Of a DNA stretch of 64,000 nt, positions 56,253-64,000 are shown piece after piece (within the stretch, counting starts at the first letter, position 1; every line of letters begins with the position of its first letter). The stretch is taken from contig CBDFGR010000003.1 of assembly GCA_965247115.1 (NCBI GenBank), forward strand, positions 448,001 through 512,000, in the 5' to 3' direction. The position numbers were made by a program, and so were the translations under genes. The stretch comes from Myxococcota bacterium (GTDB lineage: Bacteria; Myxococcota_A; UBA9160; SZUA-336). Under the pieces are notes generated by a model. It did no database searches. It saw only the letters and a list, made by a program, of their open reading frames with translations, and was not told the origin of the DNA.

Positions 56253-56506
56253 TGCTCAGTGGCAGCGGCAGTCTGGCCGCGCTCGTCGACCCAGCCGCGC
56301 GTCTCCATACACCGGTGAAGCGCGGCCTGGGTTGCCCTTTGCGCGCTTCGCTCCATTCCGCTGCGCGCCGCTTCGGAATCGCCGATTCCATTGGCGTAGC
56401 GGATGCATATTCTCCGATCTCGGTTGAGCTCCTCGGGAGTCGCACCCGCCCTCGTCCAGCTCGTGCTGACGCATGCGCCGAACGCGAGTGTGACAATGAT
56501 CGCCAT
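56249..56506 (-). CDS. Small lipoprotein with paired Cys (start approximate)
   Basis: Lipobox FGAC; W.RAGAT......D...C and RCMETRGW; GTGA coupling to the rhodanese gene. Confidence 0.65.
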   Translation of the reverse strand: MAIIVTLAFGACVSTSWTRAGATPEELNRDRRICIRYANGIGDSEAARSGMERSAQRATQAALHRCMETRGWVDERGQTAAATEQ

Positions 56507-56617
56507 GAGAGCTCCGCGGCGGGCCGATGAGCACTGCACCAGGCGCCACCGTATCGCCAGCAGGAGGGAGATGCCAGGCGCTGTAACCGACCCGGTCCCG
56601 ATCTCGTAGGACTCTCG

Positions 56618-57562
56618 ATGGCTCACTTGCGCGGTGGAACCCGAACCGCCCTGATCTCGGGCGCCCTTGCGCTCGTGCTTTGCTCGGCTGCGAGCGCAGA
56701 GCCGCACCGCAACGGCTTTGATCTCGCGTCGTCCAGCGTTCCCGTATACGAGATCTTGAACGGCGGTCCGCCCCGCGACGGGATCCCGGCGCTCACTCTT
56801 CCCCCGCTGGTCTCGGCCGCAGAGGCGCCCTGGCGGGATGAAGATCGAGTCATCGGCGTCACACTCGACGGCGAGAGTCGGGCCTACCCCATCGCCATGC
56901 TCGACTGGCACGAGCTGGTGAACGATCGCCTGGGGAGCCGCCACATCCTGGTCTCGTACTGCCCCTTGTGCGGGACCGGAATGGTCTTCGATCGGGAGAT
57001 TGGCGGTCGGATTCGGATCTTCGGCGTGTCCGGGTTGCTCTACCAGTCGGACGTGCTCCTCTACGACCGCCGCAGCGAGAGCCTCTGGTCTCAGATCGCT
57101 TCCGAGGCGATCACGGGACCGGAGCGCGGAAAGCGACTCGAGCTCCTGCGCTCCGCGCAGATTCCCTGGGGCGAGTGGCGAGAGCGACACCCCGACACGA
57201 CGGCGCTGTCAGACGCCATTGGATACCGTCGCGACTACCGCAAGACGCCGTACGCCGGCTACTCGACCTCCTCGCGACTGTTATTCCCCGCTCCGGTCGA
57301 CCCCCGCTACCCCCCGAAGACCCCGACACTGGGCCTGCGCACCGCGGATGGGTCTGCGCGCGCGTATCCGGCTCCCGAGCTCGCCGCCAGCGGGAGCAGA
57401 GTCGTGGAGAGCTTCGAGGGTCGGCGCATCGAGGTCTCGTACGACCAGGTCAGTCGAGCGTTCGAGGTGGACGCACCTCCCGAGATTGAAGTGATCGAAG
57501 GGTACTGGTTCGCCTGGACCGCGTTTCACCCGGAGTCAACGGTCTACAGGGCAAGCAGATAG
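56618..57562 (+). CDS. DUF3179 family exported protein
   Basis: GGPPRDGIPAL, RAYP...L.WHELVND, SYCPLCGTG, FGVSGLLY.S....YD..SESLWSQ, YWFAW.AFHP. Confidence 0.9.
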   Translation: MAHLRGGTRTALISGALALVLCSAASAEPHRNGFDLASSSVPVYEILNGGPPRDGIPALTLPPLVSAAEAPWRDEDRVIGVTLDGESRAYPIAMLDWHELVNDRLGSRHILVSYCPLCGTGMVFDREIGGRIRIFGVSGLLYQSDVLLYDRRSESLWSQIASEAITGPERGKRLELLRSAQIPWGEWRERHPDTTALSDAIGYRRDYRKTPYAGYSTSSRLLFPAPVDPRYPPKTPTLGLRTADGSARAYPAPELAASGSRVVESFEGRRIEVSYDQVSRAFEVDAPPEIEVIEGYWFAWTAFHPESTVYRASR

Positions 57563-57606
57563 CCGGATCCGCGTCCCGTGCGGCGGATCTCGGCCGGAGG
57601 AAAACG

Positions 57607-58392
57607 ATGACGGATCGTTCCTGGAAGAAGAAGCTGAGCTGGGGGTTGGCGCTGGCGGGGCTCGTTCTTCTCGGCGCCTGGGGAGTGGGCGCGCGGACCG
57701 GGCTTCTGAGAGCACCGGAGACCCTCAATCCGTGCGCTGCAGGGACGATCAACCCCTGCGTGGCAAAGACCCTCAATCCTTGCGCCGCGAAGACGCTCAA
57801 TCCCTGCGCCGCCAAGACCCTCAACCCTTGCGCGGCCAAGACCCTGAACCCGTGTGCCGCAAAAACGCTGAACCCCTGTATGGCGAAGACTCTGAATCCC
57901 TGCGCGATGAAGGCGGCGAATCCGTGCAACCCCTGCGGCGGTGCGATGGTCGACGCAGCCCGCTTCAAGCAGCCTGCCGGAATGACACTCGCTCGGGGGT
58001 CGAAGGCGCATCTGGTCGCCCGGGGCGAGGAGCTGTGGAACGATCGCACGCTCGGCAAGTCCGGCCTGGCCTGCGCAAACTGCCACGTCAACAACTACCT
58101 GCAGATGCAGTCGAGCTTCGCCGAACCGTACCCGCACTACGTCGCCATGGCGGCCCAGCAAGGAGGGGTCGACGAGGTCAGCGCCGCGGAGATGGTGCAG
58201 TTCTGCATGCTGGTGCCCATGGCAACGGACCCGCTACCGTGGAACTCCGAGGAGCTCGCCTCCCTGGCCGCGTGGGTGGAGAACATCCAGCCGGGCTACG
58301 TACCGCTGGCAGAGACGATGACCAACCCGTGCAATCCGTGCGGCGCCGGCAAGAACCCGTGCAGCCCCCGGAGCAATCCCTGTAGCCGCTGA
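57607..58392 (+). CDS. Monoheme cytochrome c flanked by Cys-rich NPC repeats
   Basis: GGAGG RBS, N-terminal TM/signal, GEELWND..L...GLACANCH, later FCM..PM; 14 NPC tripeptides. Confidence 0.85.
   Translation: MTDRSWKKKLSWGLALAGLVLLGAWGVGARTGLLRAPETLNPCAAGTINPCVAKTLNPCAAKTLNPCAAKTLNPCAAKTLNPCAAKTLNPCMAKTLNPCAMKAANPCNPCGGAMVDAARFKQPAGMTLARGSKAHLVARGEELWNDRTLGKSGLACANCHVNNYLQMQSSFAEPYPHYVAMAAQQGGVDEVSAAEMVQFCMLVPMATDPLPWNSEELASLAAWVENIQPGYVPLAETMTNPCNPCGAGKNPCSPRSNPCSR
57721..57936 (+). repeat. Coding tandem repeat: 8 x 24 bp (TLNPCAAK consensus) plus AANPCNPC
   Basis: Units read directly; many synonymous third-position differences between units. Confidence 0.95.
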
Positions 58393-58430
58393 GCAGCGCC
58401 AGGAACCCGACGCCGCGGCCGCCGTGTATA

Positions 58431-59717
58431 GTGGGCGGCTGCGGGGTCGAGGCGTTCTTGTTCTACGGCTGGGTCATCGTTGCGGTCACTTTCCTGACGC
58501 AGTTCGTGGCAGTCGGGACCACCTTCTACTCGTTCGGCGTGCTGCAGAAGCCGTTCGCGGAGGACCTCGGCGGCTCGCGTATGGCCGTGGGCGCCGCGAT
58601 GCCTCTCATGATGATCGTCGTCGGGCTGGCGGGTCCCTTCATCGGGCGCGCCATCGACAGAGGCTCGATCCGTGCCGTGATGCTACTCGGTGTCGGGGCG
58701 CTCTCCGCGGGCTTTCTCACACTTTCCCGCGTAGAAGAGCTCTGGCAGTTCTACCTGGTGTTCGGGCTGGTGATCTCGCTGGGGATGGCCCTGGTGGGCG
58801 GCATCGCGAACACGGCACTCGTGGCTACCTGGTTCGTATGGCGCCGTGGCACCGCGCTCGGGATCTCGCAGATCGGGACCACGATCTCGGGAATGGTCAC
58901 GGCTTACGCCGCGAGCTGGCTCGTAGCCGAGCTGGGCTGGCGTGGTACCGCCGTGGTCTATGGCGTCGCTCCGCTCGCCCTGCTGCTGCCTGTGGTCTGG
59001 TTTCTGGTGGTGGCTCGTCCGGAAGACCGCCAGCTGCGACCGGACGGGGGTGCGCATCGCCATGGAGAGCACGAGCCGCCCAGCCCGACCGCATGGACGT
59101 TCGGACGGGTACTGCGTGAGCGGACCATCTGGCTCATCGCGCTCGTCGTCGGCCTCAGCTTCGCCGGGACCACAGCCGTCATTCTGCAGATTTACCCACA
59201 CGTCACCGACCTCGGCTACAGCGCCTCCCAGGCCGCGGCCGTCCTCTCCGTGATGGCCGGCACGGGGGCGCTCGGAAAAATCCTGTTCGGGTGGCTGGCG
59301 GACCGCTACGACAGGCGCGGCTGCATGTGGGGCGCGATTCTGTTCCAGGTTCTCGGGCTGGTCGGGATCATAAACGCCGGAACGCACGTGTCTCTGCTCG
59401 GCTCGGGAGCCCTGTTCGGACTCGGATTCGGAGGCGTCCTCCCGCTCTGGGGCGTCCTGCTCGGCGCAGCCTACGGTCGTGCGGAGTTCGGACGCATCCT
59501 CGGACTCATGTCGCCCATGATGATCCCGTTTGAGACGCTCGGCATTCCCTTCGCGGGCTGGGTGTTCGACAGGACCGGCAGCTACAACGGCGCCTTCCTG
59601 ACCTTCCTCGGCCTGTACGCCATCGCGGCCGTTGCGCTGGTCTTCCTTCGTCTACCGGCCCGCGCCACCCTGGAGGCTCGCGAGCGGCTGCCGGATCTCC
59701 TCGAGCACGTAGACTGA
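58431..59717 (+). CDS. MFS transporter (MCT/OFA-like)
   Basis: FYGWVIV start, GRAIDRG and GWLADRYDRR motif A, WF..RRGTALG; about 12 TM. Confidence 0.9.
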   Translation: MGGCGVEAFLFYGWVIVAVTFLTQFVAVGTTFYSFGVLQKPFAEDLGGSRMAVGAAMPLMMIVVGLAGPFIGRAIDRGSIRAVMLLGVGALSAGFLTLSRVEELWQFYLVFGLVISLGMALVGGIANTALVATWFVWRRGTALGISQIGTTISGMVTAYAASWLVAELGWRGTAVVYGVAPLALLLPVVWFLVVARPEDRQLRPDGGAHRHGEHEPPSPTAWTFGRVLRERTIWLIALVVGLSFAGTTAVILQIYPHVTDLGYSASQAAAVLSVMAGTGALGKILFGWLADRYDRRGCMWGAILFQVLGLVGIINAGTHVSLLGSGALFGLGFGGVLPLWGVLLGAAYGRAEFGRILGLMSPMMIPFETLGIPFAGWVFDRTGSYNGAFLTFLGLYAIAAVALVFLRLPARATLEARERLPDLLEHVD

Positions 59718-60923
59718 CACATCGGTGCGTCGGCCTGCTTCCCGGATCAGGGCCAACGCCTCCTGATCGCTCAGGCTCGCAGACAGACTCTCAAACACGC
59801 CGCGGTAGTGGTAGTCGGGGTCGACTCGAACCCTGGCGACGAGCTCGCGTGCGGTGTCAGCACGGGCGACCTCGTACTCGAGCCGGACCGACTCCCCTGG
59901 CAGCACGCGGGTGTCGAAGATCTCCACCAACCGCGCCAGGTCGACCTCTCTACCGATCGTACCCACGACACGGGTCTCCTCGAGCTCTTGCCCGTCGCCA
60001 GCGACCTGCACCACCTCCAGGAAGACCCGCGGGGTGACGTAGGTCGGGAAGGCGTGACCCACGTCACGGTTCGCGAGCACGAGTGTCGCGCGCAGCACGG
60101 CAGCATCCGGGGCGCTGGGGAAGAACTCGACCTCCACCGCCTGTCTCACCATCTCGGGATCGTGGATGCCCTGCCACAGGTGTGCGCGATCTGGCATGTG
60201 GCAGTCCTGACACTGACGACCGGCCAGGGCCTGGGGACTCCGCTCCCACTCGCGAAACGTGTTCTCGAGCGGCTTGCCATTCACTCCCGGATCATCGAAG
60301 AACTGGTGGCATTCCGCACAGAAGCGACTCTCGAGGTACTCGTCGCGGATCTCGAAGCCCCCGTGCGGCAGGGGATCGGCCTGCGGACCTGCGTCGGCGC
60401 GCCGGGGCGGTCCGAAGGTGCGGTGCCCTCGCCGGTGGCAGCCTGCGCAGACGAGGCCTTGCGAGCGAAGCTCCGCATCGAAGCTGGGATTGGGGCGAAG
60501 CGACGCGTCGAAGGGCTGCTGCTCGCCTAGCGGAGCATGGCAGGAGAGACAGTTCCGTACCTGAAACGGCGGGGCGAGGCTGCCCTCGATGAGTTGCCCG
60601 GCCAGACCTGGCGAGTAGGCAGCAGCGTGAAGCGAGCCCCGCCATTCCGCGAACTGCTCGGGATGACACGCGCCGCACGTCGCGGGATCGAGCGAGGCCT
60701 CGACTGCGGAGAAGCTCGCGGGTGGCGGTCCTTGCGCGGCGGCGGGAATGCTCCAGTGCGCGGCCAGAAAGGGCCCGAGCGTGCCAAGACGCTGCGTCGT
60801 GTCGTCCGCGGCGACGGGCTCCGGTGGCGCGAGCTCACCGTTCCCGCAGCTTGCCAGGACGAGGACCGGAGCCAGCAGACAGCAGCGCCGGAGCAAACCT
60901 CGCCTTGCGGAAACAGCGGGCAC
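59652..60923 (-). CDS. Pentaheme c-type cytochrome lipoprotein (c554/c552-like); start approximate
   Basis: Lipobox LASC; CGACH, CLSCH, CAGCH, CAECH, CQDCH; W..S.HA and GH.FPT motifs. Confidence 0.88.
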   Translation of the reverse strand: MPAVSARRGLLRRCCLLAPVLVLASCGNGELAPPEPVAADDTTQRLGTLGPFLAAHWSIPAAAQGPPPASFSAVEASLDPATCGACHPEQFAEWRGSLHAAAYSPGLAGQLIEGSLAPPFQVRNCLSCHAPLGEQQPFDASLRPNPSFDAELRSQGLVCAGCHRRGHRTFGPPRRADAGPQADPLPHGGFEIRDEYLESRFCAECHQFFDDPGVNGKPLENTFREWERSPQALAGRQCQDCHMPDRAHLWQGIHDPEMVRQAVEVEFFPSAPDAAVLRATLVLANRDVGHAFPTYVTPRVFLEVVQVAGDGQELEETRVVGTIGREVDLARLVEIFDTRVLPGESVRLEYEVARADTARELVARVRVDPDYHYRGVFESLSASLSDQEALALIREAGRRTDVSVYVLEEIRQPLASLQGGAGR

Positions 60924-61052
60924 TTCAGCAGCCAATACGCGACGCCATTCGCACAGGTTACGGCGTCTGTCGCCGGAAGATCGAGCGTAGCCCTGCCTGG
61001 CGGCTCCGCTCGACAAATCGCAGACTGCAGCACTCGGGCCACGGGGGCGGAC

Positions 61053-62456
61053 GTGACAGGGACAGCAACGGATGACTTTGCGATCCCGGATCTGGAGAGC
61101 GTCCGACGCCTGATCCCGAAGTACGAGCGACCGGGCCCGCGCTACACCAGCTATCCAACTGCGCCGGTGTGGAGCGAGGAGTTCGGAGAGGACGAGCTCC
61201 GCGACGCGCTCGCGAGGGCCACGGACCGACCGCTCTCGCTCTACATCCACATCCCGTTCTGCGAGCGTCTCTGCACCTTCTGCGCGTGCAACCGCACGAT
61301 CACGCGCGACCACTCCGTAGCCGGCCCCTACCTCGATTCGCTCGAAGACGAGGCCCGAAAGGTCGCGGAGACCATCGGTGGAGAGCGCCCCTGCGTCCAG
61401 CTCGCGGTCGGGGGGGGCACACCGACCTATCTCTCGGAGCTCGAGCTCGCGCGCATGTGCGAGATCGCAGACGCTCACTTCCCACCGCGCCCCGGTGCGG
61501 AGCGCAGCATCGAGGTCGATCCCCGCGTGACCCGGCGCGAGCAGCTCGAGGTGCTGGCGGAGCACGGCTTCAATCGCATCAGCCTCGGAGTTCAGGACAT
61601 GTCGCCGAAGGTGCAGAAGGCCATCAACCGGGTCCAGCCGCGCGCCATGACCGAGGAGCTCACGGAGAGCGCGCGCGCACTGGGTTTTGGCTCCGTCAAC
61701 TTCGATCTGATCTACGGTCTGCCCTTCCAGACCACCGACTCCTTCGACGACACGCTCACTCAGGTGATCGAGCTGCGGCCCGACCGCATCGCCCTGTACA
61801 GCTACGCACACGTGACCTGGATCTCGAAGCAGCAGAGGGGCTTCGAGAACAAGGACCTGCCGTCGGCCGAGCAAAAGCTCGCGATCTTCCTGCTGGCGAA
61901 CGAACGCCTGGCGGAAGCGGGCTACCTGTTCTTCGGGCTCGACCACTTCGCGCTGCCGGACGACGAGCTCTCGAGCGCCGCGCGCGGCGGCGACCTGCGC
62001 CGCAACTTCATGGGCTACACGACGAAGGCCAGCGTGGATCTGATCGGTCTCGGCGCCAGCGGCATCTCGGAGCTGTCCGACGCCTACGCGCAGTCGCTGC
62101 GTACGCCCGCGGAGTGGAGCGAACGCATCCGCGCGGGCAGGCTGGCCACGATGCGGGGCTGGTCGCTGTCCGAGGACGACCTGCGACGCAAGTGGCTCAT
62201 TCAACGGCTCATGTGCCAGGGCGAGATCAGCCCGCACGCGTACGAGGACAGCTTTGGGGAGCCGCTGTCTGCACGCATCCCCTCGCTGGAAGAACGGCTG
62301 GCGCCGCTCGTCGCGGATGGCCTGCTCTCGACCCGGGGAGACGAGTACGAGCTCACGCCGCGCGGTCGCGTGTTCCTGCGACCCGTGGCCATGACCTTCG
62401 ACGCGTATCTCAGCGAGCAGGACTCCTCGCGTCCAAGATTCTCCAGCACGCTGTGA
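61053..62456 (+). CDS. hemN: Oxygen-independent coproporphyrinogen III oxidase (radical SAM)
   Basis: GPRYTSYPTA, HIPFCERLCTFCAC, GGGTPT, DLIYGLP, RNFMGYTT, FSSTL end. Confidence 0.95.
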   Translation: MTGTATDDFAIPDLESVRRLIPKYERPGPRYTSYPTAPVWSEEFGEDELRDALARATDRPLSLYIHIPFCERLCTFCACNRTITRDHSVAGPYLDSLEDEARKVAETIGGERPCVQLAVGGGTPTYLSELELARMCEIADAHFPPRPGAERSIEVDPRVTRREQLEVLAEHGFNRISLGVQDMSPKVQKAINRVQPRAMTEELTESARALGFGSVNFDLIYGLPFQTTDSFDDTLTQVIELRPDRIALYSYAHVTWISKQQRGFENKDLPSAEQKLAIFLLANERLAEAGYLFFGLDHFALPDDELSSAARGGDLRRNFMGYTTKASVDLIGLGASGISELSDAYAQSLRTPAEWSERIRAGRLATMRGWSLSEDDLRRKWLIQRLMCQGEISPHAYEDSFGEPLSARIPSLEERLAPLVADGLLSTRGDEYELTPRGRVFLRPVAMTFDAYLSEQDSSRPRFSSTL

Positions 62457-62890
62457 CTCTGCTGTGGCTGAAAGCGCTGCACCTGATCGCGGTGGTGGCC
62501 TGGTTCGCGGGGCTCTTCTACATGTTCCGCCTTTTTGTCTACCACGCGGAGAACACGGAAAAGCCGGAGGTCACCGACGTGCTCAAGACGATGGCCTGGC
62601 GCCTGTATCGCGTGATCACCACACCCGCGCTGATCGCGAGCTTCGTGTTCGGGCTCGGAATGGTCGCGCTCCAACCGGGCTACCTGAGCCTTGGCTGGTT
62701 CCAGGCGAAGCTCGGGCTCGTGCTGGGTCTCGCCGGCTACCACGGCTACGTCGGCAGGGTGCGGCGCCGCTTTGCCGCCGACGACGTGTACCTGACTTCG
62801 CGCCAGTGCAGGATTCGCAACGAGATCCCGACGCTGTTCCTGATCGCAATCGTGCTGCTGGCGGTCCTGAGACCCCTCGCCGGCGCGTAG
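62453..62890 (+). CDS. hemJ: Protoporphyrinogen IX oxidase HemJ (CopD-like)
   Basis: WLKALHLIAVVAWFAGLFY..RLFVYHAE, NEIPT; GTGA overlap with hemN. Confidence 0.92.
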   Translation: MTLLWLKALHLIAVVAWFAGLFYMFRLFVYHAENTEKPEVTDVLKTMAWRLYRVITTPALIASFVFGLGMVALQPGYLSLGWFQAKLGLVLGLAGYHGYVGRVRRRFAADDVYLTSRQCRIRNEIPTLFLIAIVLLAVLRPLAGA

Positions 62891-62979
62891 CTTGCCTTGG
62901 CGCCCGGACGCCTGGCCTTCGGGTGCCGTCATGCGCCACACTCGGGACAGACAACGGATCGAGCCGAGAGGTGACAGCC

Positions 62980-64000
62980 ATGAAGTTCGGGATCTTCTAC
63001 GAGCACCAGCTCCCGCGCCCCTGGAGCGAGGGAGCCGAGCTCCAGCTGTTTCAGGAAGCTCTGGACCAGGTCGAGCTCGCCGATCGCATTGGCATCGACT
63101 ACGCCTGGGAGGTGGAGCACCACTTCCTGGAGGAGTACTCGCACTCTTCGGCACCCGAGGTATTCCTCGCCGCCTGCTCGCAGCGGACGCAGCGAATCCG
63201 CCTCGCGCACGGGATCGTGCTCATGCCCTCGGGCTACAACCATCCCGCTCGCGTCGCGGAACGCGTCGCGACGCTGGATCTGGTCTCGAACGGCCGAGTC
63301 GAGTTCGGCACGGGCGAGTCTGCGTCGCTCGCAGAGCTCGGCGGCTTCCGCGTCGCCGTCGAGAGCAAGCGCGAGGAGTGGCAGGAGTCGGTGGAGCAGG
63401 CGGCGAACATGCTCGCCATCGATCCCTACCCCGGCTTCGAGGGCAAATACTTCAGCATGCCCTGCCGCAACGTCGTGCCGAAACCGGTGCAGCGCCCCCA
63501 CCCGCCGCTGTGGGTGGCATGCTCCAACCGGGAGACGATTCACGTCGCTGCAAAGCTCGGGATGGGTGCGCTCACATTCGCGTTTATCGACCCGGAAGAG
63601 GCCAAGAAGTGGGTGGACGACTACTACACCATCCTGAAGACCGAGTGCGTTCCGATCGGTCACGCGATCAACCCGAACATCGCGATGGTCACGGGCTTCT
63701 CCTGTCATCACGACGAGGAAGAAGCGAGGCGCAGGGGCATGGACGGCTTCCGCTTCTTCGGGTACGCGCTCGGCCATCACTACATCTACGGCGAGCACAC
63801 GCCCGGCCGGACGAATATCTGGGAGCGCTTCGAAGCCGCGCGAGACAATATGCCCCAGGAGGGAGCGAACCGCGGGATCGGTACGCCGGAGCAGCTCCGC
63901 GAGCACTTGCGGGGCTTTCAAGAGGCCGGTGTCGACCAGGTCTGCTTCATCCAGCAGGGCGGGCGGAACAAGCACGCGCACATCTGCGAGTCACTGGAGC
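62980..64000 (+). CDS. LLM-class flavin-dependent oxidoreductase (partial, runs off the window edge)
   Basis: Manual translation: MKFGIFYEHQLPRPW...WEVEHHFLEEYSHSSAPE...RVAERVATLDLVSNGRVEFGTG...PKPVQRPHPPLW. Confidence 0.92.
   Translation, partial: MKFGIFYEHQLPRPWSEGAELQLFQEALDQVELADRIGIDYAWEVEHHFLEEYSHSSAPEVFLAACSQRTQRIRLAHGIVLMPSGYNHPARVAERVATLDLVSNGRVEFGTGESASLAELGGFRVAVESKREEWQESVEQAANMLAIDPYPGFEGKYFSMPCRNVVPKPVQRPHPPLWVACSNRETIHVAAKLGMGALTFAFIDPEEAKKWVDDYYTILKTECVPIGHAINPNIAMVTGFSCHHDEEEARRRGMDGFRFFGYALGHHYIYGEHTPGRTNIWERFEAARDNMPQEGANRGIGTPEQLREHLRGFQEAGVDQVCFIQQGGRNKHAHICESLE

Noticed and set aside
57721..57936. 24-bp tandem repeat as a CRISPR array or DNA-level VNTR
   Set aside because: There are no spacers and no cas genes; the units are in-frame coding with synonymous variation.
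59652..62237. 861-aa ORF as a giant cytochrome fusion; likewise the long N-terminal extensions of ORFs 54883-56496, 42356-44434 and 31544-33529
   Set aside because: The extensions overlap hemN, rhodanese, xth or the exonuclease gene. Signal peptides, lipoboxes or domain starts indicate later start codons.
1..64000. Mobile elements, prophage, tRNA/rRNA
   Set aside because: No integrase, transposase, phage structural gene, terminal repeat or structured RNA gene recognised by eye. tRNAscan/Infernal were not run.

Overview
GC-rich, gene-dense bacterial chromosomal window with about 58 CDS. I found no rRNA, tRNA, CRISPR array, integrase or transposase. The gene content (LLM oxidoreductases, crotonases, TonB-dependent receptor, class III cyclases, TSP3 protein, multiheme cytochrome) resembles Myxococcota/deltaproteobacterial metagenome bins; this is inference only. 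Most genes are metabolic, transport or signalling genes: natAB-like ABC, DUF2849-cysI-DUF934, TPAT transporter, xth, hemN-hemJ, K+ channel and cyclic-nucleotide enzymes. The standout is 34.1-40.6 kb. A tightly coupled 8-gene minus-strand operon encodes a lipoprotein, a bitopic protein, a TonB/TolA-like protein, a lytic transglycosylase, a secreted coiled-coil protein, a stand-alone STN/N0-like protein, an ExbB/TolQ-like and an ExbD/TolR-like subunit. It lies divergent from an unusual ECF-sigma-like/TPR protein whose C-terminus looks like a built-in signal peptide plus a propeptide with three GDSM(G/S) repeats. I do not recognise this as a described system; it may be a peptide-regulated, proton-motor-driven envelope machine. 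Secondary oddities are a probable pseudo-rhomboid, an SxxS redoxin, an internally deleted crotonase, an NPC-repeat cytochrome c and a very acidic TSP3 protein with a His/Arg-rich tail. All family calls come from motif recognition by eye, not database searches.
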